This document shows positions 61,759 to 64,000 of a DNA stretch of 64,000 nucleotides, one piece after another (the first letter of the stretch is position 1; every line of letters begins with the position of its first letter). Source of the DNA: Owenia fusiformis (lineage: Eukaryota); contig CAIIXF020000001.1 in assembly GCA_903813345.2 (NCBI GenBank), forward strand, positions 19,096,001 to 19,160,000. Direction: 5' to 3'. A model generated the notes under the pieces. It ran no database searches. It saw only the letters and a list, made by a program, of their open reading frames with translations, and was not told the origin of the DNA. Position numbers and translations under genes: made by a program.

Positions 61759-64000
61759 TTAAGCTCCCTCTTTATATTAGATACTTAATATTCTCAATCA
61801 TTAATCTCCCCAGGTTTTTCCTTAGCAGGGTGGAAAAAATTCTATTTAAACTTTCTAATTTAAATTCTAATTTAAACTGTATTAATAAAATATCTTGATA
61901 TGACAGGTTACAAACATATTTTGAACAGGGTGGCCTGTAAATTACATATTTTCAACATGGTGCTGCAGCACCTAATGGACTAAATGTGAGAGGAAATAAT
62001 CTTGATTTATGTGATTATATATTCAAAATTTATTCAAAGTGATGTCATATTTTAAATATACTGTATAAATACTGTTTTAAATACATTGTATAAATCTATA
62101 GCATTGCGTTTTTTCTTCCGATTATATAGCAATATATGTCAACCATACCCTGTAATCAAGAAACATCATCATGATAAACAGAACCATTCACTTTCTTTTC
62201 AAGTCAGGAGATAATGAGTTTTTCCCAATCGGAGACATTGGAAAATCCTACAAAATTAGCTTTTTGATCACATGGGTAATAAAACTTCAGAGTTGTTAGC
62301 AGCCTCTCTAATGAAATAAATGTTACAGAATATAGCGGCCTTTATGTGAGATGAAAGTATTTCTGAGAATTTCATAATGATTTTAACATCCCCAGTGATC
62401 TAAGTACCCTGCTTGGGCTCAGGGCAGTAAATTTTAGGCCCCTTGCCGAGCTGATCTTCGTCATAACTCAAAAAGTATTCCATCAGTCTATATACATGTA
62501 TATAAATATATATGGTATCCTTATAGTGTTATTATAGTGTTAAAGTGTTATTACTAACTGACAAAATCTGATCCATTTCTTGCAGAAAACAAGACATTTA
62601 ATTCAAAGGAGCTGGACACTCAAGTAGTATTGATACATTCAATATACGTCATTCACATGAACCATAATATGTACATATACTAAAATCTCTAAATGGATAT
62701 ATGTAAGGTAGATAAATAATGGTAATTGGATTCGGCACTTACGCCTACATAACCATAAGTCAAGTAGGCTAACAATTAGTAGACTACTGACTGCACTGCA
62801 TATAACAAAAAGAGACAGATAGAATGAGTTGTCTATGTAATACAAGGACAGATGTTGAATTTCTTAGACTGGAGTCAAAGTATTTACAAGGTCTCCAAAA
62901 AGGTGTATTATGTGTATATGAGCTCATTTAGAAAAGGCAAAAAAGATTATTACTTCTAATCATTTTCTTTCTTTTACCTAGTAACATCTTACAAGAGGAA
63001 GAATTTTGACTGAGTCTAATGTTCAATTAAATCTTTGAGTGAAATTATCTGAATATCTATTTGGAGATGTAATTGCTATTTGTAGAGTAAATGTCAAGTA
63101 TAGGATGAAGTAGACAGAAACACTAATTTCCTTATAGAACTGTTCCATTTGTAAGAATATGCATTATACATTTGAGGCTTAATCTATAGCTTATATTCAG
63201 CAGGACTTTGAAGTTATCAGGAAAAAACAAATCAATTATCTTCGAAAAACCATTGTTCAGGACCCTTAACCTCAACACATTTTTCTGTAAGACTTGTTTT
63301 TTTAAAAGAGGACCTTTTTTATTTTTACCATAGCAATTGTTTCTTCTGAACTGTTTTTGGTAACTTCTGAGAGGGGAAAGAATGATGGAGTTTTATAAAG
63401 TAGAAAACAAAATATCCCATGTTATTTTCCCATAGGGAAAACTCATGCTCTCCATTGTTTTCAAGTTACCAATATTTATATTATAATATTCTCCAAATTA
63501 GACTGTAAATCATTTGTAATAGTCGCAGCATAGTGTAGATAAATGGGAATTATCTTAGATTATATTATTAGGACTCCCAAACAAAAATTAAATTTTTTAA
63601 ATATTAATAGATGACATGATGTATCAACATCTTGGTTTGATATCAGATCAGATGATGAATATTTAAAACGTTATCTAATAGATGGCATTATATGTCTTAC
63701 ATGAAGATGGCTTATTGTGTTGAAAGTTCAGAACTTATTAACTAATAGATGGCACTTATTGTCTTGAATAAAATACTCTAGTCGTGTTTCCATGGTATTT
63801 CTCTATTTGAACACAAGAATTAACATATGAATGCAATCTGTATGCAACTGGAGCAACTTATACAGATTTCTGTCGTTTTATAGATGTGATGTAGGTTTCA
63901 CTAGTTGATATTATTTGTACAAGATTTATTTTATTTAAACATATTTAGTCAATTATATAACTTAAAACCAATTCAGATCTTTAAGGTTGAATGGCATGTT

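Noticed and set aside
62586-62700. Possible next MIB2 exon after the TTTCTTGCAG acceptor
   Set aside because: The translation does not resemble the expected MIB2 repeat domain and there is no convincing donor.

Overview
AT-rich animal (invertebrate-type) genomic DNA with two divergently oriented, intron-rich genes. On the minus strand are the first three coding exons of dishevelled (DIX domain; ATG at 19580, gene runs off the left edge). On the plus strand are four coding exons of mind bomb 2 (MIB2: Mib/Herc2-ZZ-Mib/Herc2; gene runs off the right edge). Between them is a full-length, apparently intact non-LTR retrotransposon (minus strand, 24708-30713, perfect 14-bp TSD) nested in a non-autonomous hAT element (8-bp TSD). 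This LINE is the most unusual object in the window. Its ORF2 starts with a ~148-aa hydrophobic, probably membrane-spanning leader ending in a 2A/StopGo-like motif (GDIETHPG/P). Its ~1-kb inter-ORF spacer holds a compact promoter-like motif cluster, a candidate GT-AG intron and a TAATG stop-start overlap. The 25-kb MIB2 intron contains a palindromic Transib-like MITE with RSS-like ends, a 5.3-kb 38-bp satellite with A/B dimers, Crypton-like units with a nested Tc1/mariner element built from two 3' ends, Helentron-type HINEs, and a candidate in-frame alternative first exon. Many small MITEs (piggyBac, Harbinger, pogo-like, 5-bp-TSD hAT-like) occur throughout. All calls come from reading the sequence by eye; no searches were run.
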